From Antedon mediterranea (Eukaryota > Animalia > Echinodermata), in contig NC_092677.1 in assembly GCF_964355755.1 (NCBI RefSeq), positions 23,857,175-23,921,174 on the forward strand: 64,000 nt of DNA. Direction: 5' to 3'. A model generated the notes under the pieces. It had not been told where the DNA came from and searched no databases. It saw only the letters and a list, made by a program, of their open reading frames with translations. Every line of letters starts with the position of its first letter. The first letter of the stretch is position 1. The translations under genes and the position numbers were made by a program. Below are positions 51,441 through 64,000 of this stretch, in pieces.

Positions 51441-53680
51441 AAATGTTGATATCTAAATTCTTTAGGCATATTTCCAACCAAATTCAATTTGTGCAAATAA
51501 TAATTAGTTTCAAAAAGCTGTTTTTGTTAGGTTTTTGCAATTTACGCTCCATTTTTATTCAAATTATCTCAAAATACAATCAGCTAAACAGTTATAGTAA
51601 GTAAATTAATATACAGTAGTAAAAAAACACAGGAGCATCAAATGGTATAAAAAAGTAACAATTGTCTATTTTACAAATTCAATAAATTAAATTAAAGTCA
51701 GTGGACTTATTTGAAAAACGAAAGTAAGAACATCTAGGCCTATAAAAAATACTTGTATGTTGTAGAAGGTAGAATGTACGCATTAACATAGAAATGATTA
51801 TTACAAAAAGTAGTACCATAAAAACAATTCATATAAAGAGAAGACATATACAAATAAAAATATTTATAAACACACCAGAATATTCATAAATATACAATTA
51901 AAGATATCATTTTCGTCGTCGTTTTTATAATTATTATTACTCCATTATTATTCTTATATATTTTTTTTTATTTCAATGTATTACTTTGCATTATATCATA
52001 TGATTCATATTGAAAAACTTGATGCTCTTTGGGACAAATGAATAAAGATAACGATTGGTGCGGGTGTATGGCATAAACATGAAGCAAAATAAACTATTTG
52101 TTTATTGTATAAATATTCTACATTGAAATAGCAATGGCAGCAAAATACAAGCAGCTTAAAACGCATCTTAATTTTTTATTTTGTTTTTCTTAATTACAAA
52201 GCACGACGGTTATCAAACTATGCATTTTTGTACAGTATTTATACAAGATACAAGATAACTTTAAGTTGTCAAATAGTTCGTCAACGAAAGATTTGAAATT
52301 GGTTTTTCTCATGGCAACTTAATATAAAAATTGAATACAATCAGTAAAATATTTAAAACACGAAGTAAAATACACAGTTCTGTATAAATATACAGATTAC
52401 AGATTTATTATTTTATGTTGACAAATTATAGGTGATCTTCGTTATAAGATAATTTTGGTACAGTCTGAGCACCAACCAGCATCCTGGATGTAAAATATAG
52501 CTCACACATAATTGTTAGGCACTTCGGTCCACCCCTATATTTCTAAATCCAAGATCCGCCACTAATTCGTATTGCGTGTTTAGAGAGCGACATTTGAATT
52601 GCGTGTAGGCCTATACATCGTTTGTAATTCATTGTGGCTCTCATTACAGTTTCTTGTTTAATATTAGGTGATCCGCGGCTATTTTCCAGGCATTCATTTC
52701 TCTCTATATTATGTCATCCGCGGATTACCCATCGACTTTATTTTTATTATGTTATATATACTGATCAATCACGAATTCAATATATAAAACTATAACGTTC
52801 GTGACGAACACCTTTTTTAAAGCATGCTGTTTAACCGTAAGAAGTAGTCTATTCACTGTATCAAGGCAATGGTATAGGATTATTAGGCAAAATCCTAAAC
52901 ACGGTGTCATATGTAAAATTTAAAAATTAATAACATTATCAATAAAGATAATATTTAACCTTGTTACATTGTAGGCATATCACTGAAAAAATGTGATACA
53001 GTAATGATAATTGGGTGGTAAACCTATATATTTTCTAGTATTATTCAATTATTATTGGTAAGTGTAACAGAATGATTGATTATTTGTTAATAAAACATTT
53101 CAATGTAATTATGAGGGAGAACATAAAATAAAGAACAATACAATAACAAATTTAACCTGGGTTTGAACTCCTGACTCGAACGAATGGCCATTAAACGACA
53201 AGCCATTTTCACTTGCCGATTATTATAGGTGTGTCCGACCAGTATCATTATAGGAAACTTCTGTAACACATATTGATCACATGTGACGCCTGTATTAAGC
53301 ATAATAACATAATGCAGGCGCCATGATATACATTGTGACATGAACATGCACCATGTGGGTCCGAGAGGTGCGGGCCAAAATATTTCGTAGAAATTTACTC
53401 TTGTTGCATGATTTTAAGAGTATCCATGAAATGTCCAAAGCCGCTTACTCGTTCTTAATTTCTCTGTAGCCGTGGCTCTCGTGTCGTGACTTGTGTGATG
53501 ACATACTAATAACGGGTACCGCGTCACATCATTATCGAGAATGGGGGTTATGGGGTTTAAGGGTATGTGCCACCTAAAGATACATTCACACTTGTCCGGT
53601 TTCACAGAACGGAAGCCGACGCCGTGTTGTTAAAATAATGGAATATCATCACAGTATTGAACAATGTGAATATAGCTCTA

Positions 53681-53847
53681 AGGCCAATTTACACGAACGG
53701 TAAGCCGAAAACCGCGTAGTTTGTCTCAATAAAATCCGTATCTATCCTGGGCTCAGGTTGAAACCGCCCGTCCGCTCCGCGTTGTGTGTAAATGATCATA
53801 AGAAATAGCTTAGATTATCGTTACCGCTCGTCTGTGTAAATTGGCCT
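53681..53847. mobile_element. MITE (167 bp)
   Basis: TIRs AGGCCAATTTACAC ... GTGTAAATTGGCCT flanked by TA on each side. Confidence 0.82.
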
Positions 53848-56800
53848 TATTAAGGCAAACATAGGCCTACTCCGGCTAACATCTTATTCTATCCAATTTA
53901 ATCGTATCAATAGTTGCCATATTTCTGAACAAAAGTGATTAATACATTAATTTGTTTTAAAAAAAGACGATATTTGAAACAATGGAGCTTCCATATTGCA
54001 TAACGTATAAAAACACAAATATATTTTTGTAAAAAATAGCGAATCACTTGGCAGTGCAATGACTGGAATCTGTTTTAACAACTTCATTTTTAATACTTTC
54101 GGTTTTTCAAGTTGACCACCACACCTTTGTTATTTATGATGGACATTAAAAGAAGATATTTATTATCACGTGATATCTTGAATTCCTTACTCCAATGTTC
54201 TGTTAATCTTTCTGTAATTGTCCAATTCAATTGCACAGTTAAGGTTTTGATTTATTCGTTTGCATACCAAGTCGCACTACCTTTCGTACACAACAACTCG
54301 TTAAGAATGATAAGACCGCGAAAACTATAGAGTCGGCTAACTCATTTGAAAGAATTACGATTTAGCTTTGACAAGTAAATTCATGTTCTACCCTGGATGG
54401 TTACAGGTTTAACACCAATTTACTTTTAGGTTCAACGTGTGTGGCTAGATTTTCGGCACGGAATTGTATTTTTATATAGGCTATACTAGCTACGATAAAT
54501 TGCAACCGTGTAAAGCTAGATCTATCCCATCTCGCGGCTCCCATTTCGATTCATCTTTTGTTGTCTCTTTAAAATAACAATGCGGAAAGAGAAACCCTAA
54601 AAGTCAAATAAATTACATAGAAAATTAATGAAAACCCTCCCTTGAGTTCCTCATTAAACATGTGTTTTTGAGGCAAATAATATCTAATGTGGCACAGACA
54701 CATATATAATGTTTTATAGATAGACATTGGAGAAAATTTTTTTAATATTTTTATTTTATAATATTTTTCATGAAGATTTCTTTTAATACATTTGTTTCTT
54801 TGTTATTATAATAATTATTATTTGTTACATTTTCTTATGAATTTCAGGATGATGATTTAAAATGTTCAGATTTATAAAAACTATTGTATAATTTTTTTTG
54901 ACATGTTTATACCATCAGTGTATTTCGTAATATAAAAGCTTCCGTCTACATTCTTAACCGAAGCACGAAATCTTGCTATCAAAACCCCAAAAACGTCGCT
55001 TTCTGAAAACATCAATTGTACCTGTCATTATTTTCATTTAAACGTGCGCTTTCCTACCGATTTGGTCGTACTTGTGCGTTCAATTAACTTCGTTATCATT
55101 AATTGTCTATCTAGATTACCTCAGCTCTGTATTTGAAACAGCATCATTCACCAAACGGTTTACTAAACCAAAGTAGATATTTCACCCGATTATCGCCGTA
55201 TAGAGACAATAAACAGCACATCCAGTTATTTTTCTCATAACTACAACCTTTCGTTCCCTATACAGTACATTCATATAAGGCTACATGTCAATGCTTTTCG
55301 GCAAGCAGCGCTTGTGCTAACTTCCCAATCTCAAATGTTACGGACGACGTGGTTTAAGCTATGTAGAGGGTTAGGTTCAGGTAATAGTTAAGTGTTGGCC
55401 TATCCAAAAAAATTGTGTTGTGGATAGGCCTGTTACTGTCACATGAAACGGCCCTGAAGTTTCCGTCTTGTTTCGTCGTACGAGAATTTAGTAAAACGTA
55501 AACGGGCCACTTTCGCATTTCAGTGCCACGTGACATGAATGCGTGCGTCTGCATTTATAGGACGTTTTACGTTGCCTAGCGACCAGTAAAGTAACCTATT
55601 TTTTACAAAGTATAAATGAGATATGTTTATCGATAGATAATTTTTAATTTCTTTTGAAAATAATTTCGTCCAGACCGAGCAGGTTATACCACTCTTCGTT
55701 TAGTTTCGTAAGACTGTCCGAATAATTTGCAACATTAGTAATAAGAATTCATTCAGAAGTTTATATTTATATTATTCCTGTTTATAAACCGTAATTTTGA
55801 TATTGTCCGATATATTATCTGTTTATGCTTGAAGATGGTGATTATTATTTTGGTTCAAGTGGATAGATTATTAGGCTATTGAGGATGGTACTGTAGGCGG
55901 AAGTTTGGGCGTCTTCTCAAATCATTTCTGGGAAAAAAGATTCCGTTTTATGTTTTGTTTCTATAAAAAAAAATTAGACACACATTTCCAATGAATGAGA
56001 GGATTAGATGGAAGGTAATCAATATATACAAATATTCGATTTTGATTATTTTCACTGGGATGTTAAGAGTAAACGTATTCAAGTTCATTGTTTTGTTTTG
56101 TTGATAAATATTGAGTTACTTGCTCTTTCGTCAAGTCGAATACGCACCTCTCATATTAACACTACCCGTTTCGTTTAAACAAAAATGTTTAATTCTAAAT
56201 AAATAATTGAACATATTCAATAAACTTAGCTTAGCCGTCTACTCCGTCATATTGGTTGGTAATTCAAACAGTTTATATGTTCCGATTTGTGAGCTAAACA
56301 AACTGGTCTGTGAAGGCGGTTAGCTATCTGTGAGGGGATAACATTTTAGCGTATCTATTTACAAATTCACAACCGAATGTTTAAGTTAGATTATAGCTTC
56401 AAGCTGAGAATTTATTTACATTCTCTTTCTATTCAAACCCAGTTCATCATAACACAGAATGCTGAGCTTATACAGCCAGACTCTGGTAACTGTCGGCACG
56501 AGTAGGAACTTATTTCTGGAGAGGTAGTTTTGTTTAAATAAGGAATTATATTGTGAATAATCTACAAAAAAAGGATTTTTTAAAGATAGGAGGGTTTATT
56601 GATGTGCATTTCTTTGAGTAAGCCTTCATCATTTTGTGGATGAATATCAGACGACAACAATATCGTAAAAGGTATGCCTTATTGATTGACCGTGTTGGAA
56701 TGATCACATTATATACTTTTACTGTTGTACAACCATTTCAACATGATTATCATTGCAAATTCATATTCCTTAAAATATGATGCGTTTTTGGATCCTTAGG

Positions 56801-59800
56801 GCTATGGTTTACTACGTGCTTTTGATAGATTATTATGTGGAATAACATGTACATTTCATCTTCTGATAGTCCTCCGAGAAAAATCTTCACACCAGCTGCA
56901 GTAGGCCGTACGAGACCTTCTCTGATCCCTGTGCCTATCTTGTTGACGCAACATACACGACCGCCAATTGGGCTATTTTATATCGGTGCAGGATCCTTAC
57001 TATCTAGTCACGTTGTGCACGAAGCTAGGCCTAGTTAATTGAGCTTTATTGCGAATGAATGACAATTTCATAAGCTGGATTAACGCATTTCGCCGGCGGG
57101 AAATAAGAAGTCGAGTGCATTTTTTTTTCTTTTTCGGTTTGCTCATCGATCTAATTAGATGATGATACGTACCGTCACTGTCTGATGTTATATTAAGGGT
57201 TTCTGCATGCATTGGCCATTAGGTACATGTAACCAGATACGTGGAAAGCACATTGGTATCGTCTTCACCCATTGGCGTATTCATGGGTTCTCAGAGTTCT
57301 CGATTACTTAAAATTAGATTAGCAAAAAGTTATAGTTCTTAGAAAAATCGTAAGATTCAATTGATGTTATCTGAACTTTCAGAATAAATACTGTTTAATA
57401 TGTAATAATTGTAATTAATTAGTATTACACATCCTGTTTTAATTACTTTTTTTCTAACTTTCTGCATAAAACGAATTAATTAATGTTATGAAAGAAGTAA
57501 TAATTATACAGCTATCTATAGCTGTTAAATGGTGTGATTCGTGCTTTTTAATATTCTGTTGTTTTAAATACCAAACACTAACAATTCCACGAGGCTCTGT
57601 CCAAATTTTGTGCCAGAGGGGACGTGAAATAACAACTAGGTCTACTTGACTTCAGTGTATTGAATATTGTTTTAAACTTTCGGTAGCAAATCTGTGTTAC
57701 GTTGTATTTATCGCAATCGGTGATAGGCCCATTTGAAGTAGAATATCATTTGATAACGTTTTATTTAGAAGAATAAAATACATCAACACCAGAAATTGAA
57801 ATGTATATTTTGATGGCTTACACTCGTTTGGGTTTTGAGATTTTCTGTCAGAATGCCAATCAAAGTAAAACCAACAGTCGACCATTACCGCAGACCCTTT
57901 TGCACAAATCCCGCGAGATAGTAAATGCCCAACCCTAAAGGTATTTACATGCCACTACAAAGAAAGTTAATAAAATGTGTGTCAATTTGCTTCGAGATTG
58001 AGGTCTCGGTCTTATAGTATTTGACATGAGAGGTCCAGTGGTTCGGAGTTGAAGAAATAAAATCGGTGGTGGTCATTTAAATGTTAAACTACTTTTGTTA
58101 CGATACATTGTTCGCGTAAATAGCATACTTAGGCCTATAGTTATTAGTAAGTTGATTCATAACCACCGACTTGGCAATAATATGTGCCCATGGAATTCAC
58201 CCGGGTAAGTACCGTTACTAAAACTAAACTTAAAGTTTAACAACTTTCCTAAAAATGATGTAAAATTCCCGCTTTAGATATTTTTAATTAGATTACTATG
58301 TCTTGATGTATTATTTTATACATTAATTTAGCATAACTTTCTGACTGTTTAAAACTAACTTATATATAAACTCCTTTGTTGCGATACTTGACAAAACTGT
58401 ATGCCAATTAATGGTCCCTGTTACCGTCGCTTGACATAAAACAGCCCCGCAGTTTCAGGTTTTATACTTCACACCGTACTAGAGTATGCTGTTTTAATGC
58501 AGAGGCTTACTAATATGTAATATAAAGTTATATTTTAATGTAATATTATAAATGGTATGTAATATATATTATCACAATTTAATTGCCGTTGTAGAATATC
58601 GTGTTCGTATATTCGGAAATCGTTATCGATAACAATGCCGTATCTTATGTCTATTGGTACTTGGTCGATATAATACATTCAGTACCTGGTAAAATGGTAT
58701 TAAAATCTCATGGAGCCTACGTGCAATTTGTAAAACCTGGACATTCTTTACAAAAATGCTTAGCTTAGTTGTAAAAAATTAACCTGATTGTAAATTAAAT
58801 TGATCACGCATCTTTTTTATTCTCTTAATTTTTTTGAGTTCTTTTTGAAACAGACCTATCAGTCTTTCAAAATAAAAATAATTAATAGGTCTATCATCAA
58901 CAACAATTCTGCTTTAATGATTTGTGGAAACTTATGTAATGTTATTAATTTTGTGTAAACGTAAACAAAAAATACATAATTTATAAGAACATTCACAAAA
59001 CTGATGTTAGTTGCTGTATTATTACCAATAATCGAAATTCAAGATAATTTAGAAAACCTATTTTCCTGGGGAAAGTTCTAGCAAATAAAAAATGTTAATT
59101 TCACGTTCATGATTTGAAATTATCTTTTAATTTATCAAAATTAATTATTTGCTTTAAGCACTACTTTACGCTTCAATGGTTATAAAGTTATCTATATAAA
59201 AATTCTTTTATTTGACCTTGGGTTTTTGTAAACTGTATACCGTACTCACTTTTGTTTTGTTTAATGCATAGGGCCTACTGTTCATTATATAATATATATT
59301 TATGTATATATAACTATTTTATTTCTATACATTGTACATTACAATATTGGTTTAAAAATTAATATAAATATAATATATGAAGATATTTTCACACTTGACC
59401 ACTCAAATTTAGATTTTTTTTTACACGCGTGATAAAGCATTTTGCTTTATTTTGATATTGACGTCACAATTTCACTTTTATTAAACATATTTGGTATTTT
59501 TCTTTCTAATACCCCTCTTTTTAAATCTTAATCTTTTAATCTCACTTTTATTATATTACCCTTTTCATTGTTTTTCCTGAAAGTACTGTGGCACTGCGCT
59601 GTTGGTTTTGGAATTGATTGTTGTAAATCGAAACTCATAATTTGTTTTTACCATCTTTTTAGGCCAATTATTTTCTTTGATCTATCAGTAGACCTCATAA
59701 ACGGCGTGTAACGATGTGACTGACAATATTTTCAGTCATTTACGGTTCTCATGACTACTAGTCGGTTTCCTTTTATCGTTATACCTTTCCTTTCTAACTT

Positions 59801-59983
59801 AATTTACCTTTGTTCCCCAAAACCGTTATTGGTAGTTAAACTGTATTTGTCAGTTTGGTTGTTTCAACATGGTGTGTAGAGTGCGAACATTGGACGCGGT
59901 ATTGTTTTTGGGCAGATAACACATACAAAATGTATACTTCTTTTAGAATATAATATGAAGGATTTTTTTTTAAATAAAAGTAA

Positions 59984-60379
59984 AGGCCCATTTACACTAT
60001 ATGACGATAACGATCGACGATAAATATATAAGGCATGCATTTTTTGTTTACATAAAACAAAAGAAATTAGAAAGGTTTTCGTTATAGAACTATTTATTTA
60101 TACGATAATCATTTGATAAAAATATTATTTTTAAAATTCCATTCAAATGACGTCATGATCAATAAAAACAATAAAATTGTTGTATTGTCCTGATATCATT
60201 GCTCTTACTAATCATGACGTCATTTGATTGAACGTGTGAAAATATTATTTTCATCAAAGGAAGCATGATCGTTATTCTATAGTTCTACAATGAAAAGTTT
60301 TATATTTCTTTTGTTTTATGTATGAAAAATGCATATTTGTCTATTTATCGTCGATCATCGTCCTAGCGTAAATGGGCCT
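59984..60379. mobile_element. Fold-back MITE (~396 bp), TAA TSD (PIF/Harbinger-like)
   Basis: TAA|AGGCCCATTTAC..GACGAT..GATCGACGATAAATA ... TATTTATCGTCGATC..CGTC..GTAAATGGGCCT|TAA; the arms stay imperfectly inverted to the centre (ATGACGTCATGAT/ATCATGACGTCAT). Confidence 0.88.
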
Positions 60380-61779
60380 TAACGAAATATGACGATTTAA
60401 CAAGCAGCAACGCCAATGCTTGTTCAACAAGAATTGTAACAACGGCAATAACAAAGTTAACAGAGTTATTGTCATAAGTTGCCTTTTATATACAATCAAA
60501 ACTAAAATAAAATAGCACTGCATACACTAAAAACAGCCTCATAATCTTTTCTCCTTTTTTAGGAGCGTTTTTTCCATTTTTCATCCCATTTGATAATATT
60601 AATAGCGTCGATTAGTATTTATCGTGCGTCCACCATACTAAAATTGGCAGATACCTCTTGTATGTAGTGTTGGGCCAACATCAGTTTGTCCATACATTGG
60701 TAAATAAATAAAGCGCTATGTAAATATGACATTCATTAGATATAGATATCAGTATCAGAATCGACTAGCATTCAGTGATTTTGTTTTTGATCGTATTTTA
60801 CAATGATCCGCCCATAATAGACCTACTTTAAGCTTCGTTCACATTGATACCAACTTCTTGGTCGGTGGCCGGATAAAAGTCACGAAATGGGTGTATTTAA
60901 GGATAGGAACCATTAACACTAACTTATTCCGGTGCAAAACTTATTAATGTGGCCGAAAAACCTACGGCCACTGAACCGATTCCGGGCTGCTCAGTGTGTT
61001 TACAATTAGTAGAAATCGTGTATTTCTGGTAGAGACTTAAAAGTCTGAATAACAGGCCAAAAACTATAAAATTTAAGGCAATTACAAATTTAAGGGGCAA
61101 TCGATTGTGTGATTGTAGTAGCATTTGTGTATACTGAATGCCTGATGTCGTCATTATTACTTCCGAATTGTAAATATTTTGGTTTAAACAGCCGGGTTCT
61201 TCCAAAAGTGATATTGATATTTACTTGGGATTTCTCTTAATAGTTGTCATTTCATAATGTTCTCACAATTAAAACAGAAATAGCACTTAAGTGTTTTGGT
61301 GGATAAACTGAAACTGTTCGACTGGATTCCGATTTGAATTTCTGAATATATAGTAAGGCTGACAATTTAACCAATCCTTGTTCACTTTATACACTGAATA
61401 TAGACGGACATTGGCGCCTATCAATTTTTGTTGATCCATGTTCACACAGAACATGCTGAAAAAAAAACATGTATAGTACCGTACTAGCTAAGTTTTTGTT
61501 TTGGATACATTTTCATCTGAGACGACACAATAACCATCTGATTCTCGGTAACTGTATCGAGATGTCTCCAGTATCATGGAATATTTAGTAATACAATATC
61601 ACATGTGTTTCACATGCAGTATTATCCAAAAATAAGTTAACCCTTAACCACATCTTACATAATATCCTAGATAAAGCACCTAATATTGTGAAACCTTTAT
61701 TATAGACGTTTTAGATAAAATTACCCCGGTCATTTCTGGATCAACACGTATAGAAACATATACCCATAAATGCAGCTAG

Positions 61780-61855
61780 TAATCAGCGCAAAGTTGTGTC
61801 TTGACTTTGCCAGGTACCCATTTGTACACCTGGGTGGAGAGAGGTAAACGTTTTG
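61780..61855 (-). mobile_element. CORE-like SINE fragment
   Basis: Minus strand CCTCTCTCCACCCAGGTGTACAAATGGGTACCTGGC resembles the invertebrate CORE-SINE domain; no tRNA head is visible. Confidence 0.45.
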
Positions 61856-64000
61856 AGTGTTGCACAGGCACCACATGTGATACACACACCACATAGGATA
61901 CAATGAGATGTTGTACAGTAATTACCAAACATTCCTATGATACTTGCCAAATATTGTAATATGTGGGGTACACACTGCGAATCGGGTACAATAACGAAAT
62001 GCATGATTTTGTTATTGTATCACACGATATATATCCAACCAAACAAATGAGTTTGTACTCTACGGATTATATTACTTTATAGCTGGTTATACAGTAATCA
62101 TATCGAACCTCAATCTGCAGAAATCCATTGGTTATTAAATATGTGAATGACATAGAAAAGTGAGACGGGATCACAATATCTTCCTACGGAAGCTTTTACA
62201 ATGCAATACTGTGTTAGGTGGTATTAGCCTTGTTTAAGTTCATATACCTTTTAACTGTTAATACCTGTAACTATGAAAATCCCTTTCTCCGATCAGTGCG
62301 TTTGCCAAAAATAGATAGACGACAGGTGTGGTACAATAGATAGAGTTTTGTTTCAAAGAATATTTTGATGAATATGAATAATATTAAGTTTTAAAATGGA
62401 ATGTTAGTAAAGGGTGAATGACTTATATATCTAGGTTTGTTGGTCTATATAACAGTTTATTCTACTGTGCATTTATTTGCACATTATGTTGTTGATAAGA
62501 CTTTATAGGCAAATTGAAGGGGTCCTTCGACCCCTCCCAACTTCAGAAAAACAAATGTTTATTTTTACGCACTCCTCAGGGGTAAATGTTTGACTGGCCG
62601 GCTCTGAAGAAAGAAATGTGCCTTAGCTTTATCAGCAGTTGTGTAATTCATTTAATTAATGGCAAAGAAATTTGATATAAGTCGTTTTTTTTTATGTTGA
62701 AGTGAGGGGGAACATGGGTATAGTTGGTACAGTACCATACTACAGTCTCTACCACCACTTTGTGAAAAGCTTTTATAGAACAACGAAGGCAGAATACATT
62801 GTGCAATGTCAATTGAATATAAGATAAACATAAACCAGACAATACGACTAACAGCATTTGAAGTAAGACCTAGGGTTAGAGCCTATAGGGAGTTCATATC
62901 GCGAAATCAGAGCAGTCCTATGGGTTTACTTAGCATAAAAAATCACGCTTATTTCATTACCGTGATATATGAGATGAACATCGTTACTGGTATCACATTA
63001 ACACTGTCGTAATCGTTCATATTTTGAAACATTACTGTGTAATTATATATCACCCATTAGCATCATTGGATGATATATGCACGATCTGCCTAAAACAATA
63101 TACGAAAATTAAATTAAATCGAACATATTAGGCCTACAGGTGTTGAAGTAGTAAATAATTAACATGTTAGAGGTTTTAAAGTGCCAGTAATTACCTATGA
63201 TCTCTCGTTATATAACGGTGACATTACATAATTCTAGCTGAATATATTATTTTAATATCGGCAGTAGAACCTTTCTTGGTACACCCGTACGCAGAGTTCT
63301 CATGAAACGGGAGTTCTCACTTCCAGCCCTAAGAGAGGACACCCCTTTTAAGTTGACGGGGGATACTTGGAAGTGGGTCAAATTTTGGTCAATTCAACCC
63401 CATTACGGGAACACTATCTTTCCGGAACACAAAAAAAGATCAAAATAATTAGAATCTATTTAGATGGTTATTTTTTTATAATACTAATTGATATAAAATT
63501 CTATCTTCGTTCACTGTCAAAATTGACGCATTGACTCCTTGAATATGAGGCATTCAATCTGTAATAGCAAGGGAACTTCAACCTTTACATGATGATATCA
63601 CCACGTTTCCATTGTTTGTGTAGGCCTACTTTTTCAAAAGCTTTAGCACAGGCAGCACAAAAATTGGAGAAGTATTTTGGTCAAATAAGGGCCGTTCTGG
63701 GCTCGAAACATAACTGTTCGTGGGTCACAAGCAGGAGGCAAATATGTTATATACCCACACCCAATATGTTTCAAATTTCAATAAAACCAATCAGTGAAGG
63801 ATCCAGAATGTCTTATTCTTAACAAAAATGTTAAAACAATAAACACAGTTTAAATTTTTATTTGTTCATTTTGAAATATTTCATTGATTTTTCCCCTCCC
63901 GTGAAAATCCCGCCTTTTGCGTGGACGATTTTGGTTGGTTAGTGTCCCTTAAAATGAAAATGTGCTGCGGTCCCAAAGTTGTCCTCTTAATAGGGGTTCT

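Noticed and set aside
684-63822. Remaining 60-100 aa ORFs in the track
   Set aside because: They have the I/L/F/K/N/Y-biased composition expected from random AT-rich DNA, many start at non-ATG codons, and none shows a domain.

Overview
This is AT-rich (roughly 30% GC by eye) eukaryotic genomic DNA from an invertebrate animal. A deuterostome such as an echinoderm is plausible, but that is inference only. It holds two forkhead-box genes of the ancient FoxQ1-FoxF-FoxC-FoxL1 cluster, transcribed head-to-head about 36.5 kb apart. FoxC is a single coding exon (minus strand, 9522-10883). FoxF has a large first coding exon (plus strand, 47387-48596) ending in a phase-1 GT donor; its exon 2 was not confidently located. 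The rest is non-coding: several MITE families, L2/CR1/RTE LINE 3' fragments, Deu/Nin-domain tRNA SINEs, tandem duplications and minisatellites. Most unusual observations: (i) the palindromic octamer TAGGCCTA occurs at least 44 times where about 0.5 is expected; (ii) two 30-39 bp hairpins with P-element-like termini and 7-bp target duplications look like P-element excision footprints; (iii) a 1.9-kb array of about 94 x 20-bp units, each packed with forkhead/Sox/Onecut-type motifs, lies between the two Fox promoters. No prokaryotic-type systems are present. All counts were made by eye.
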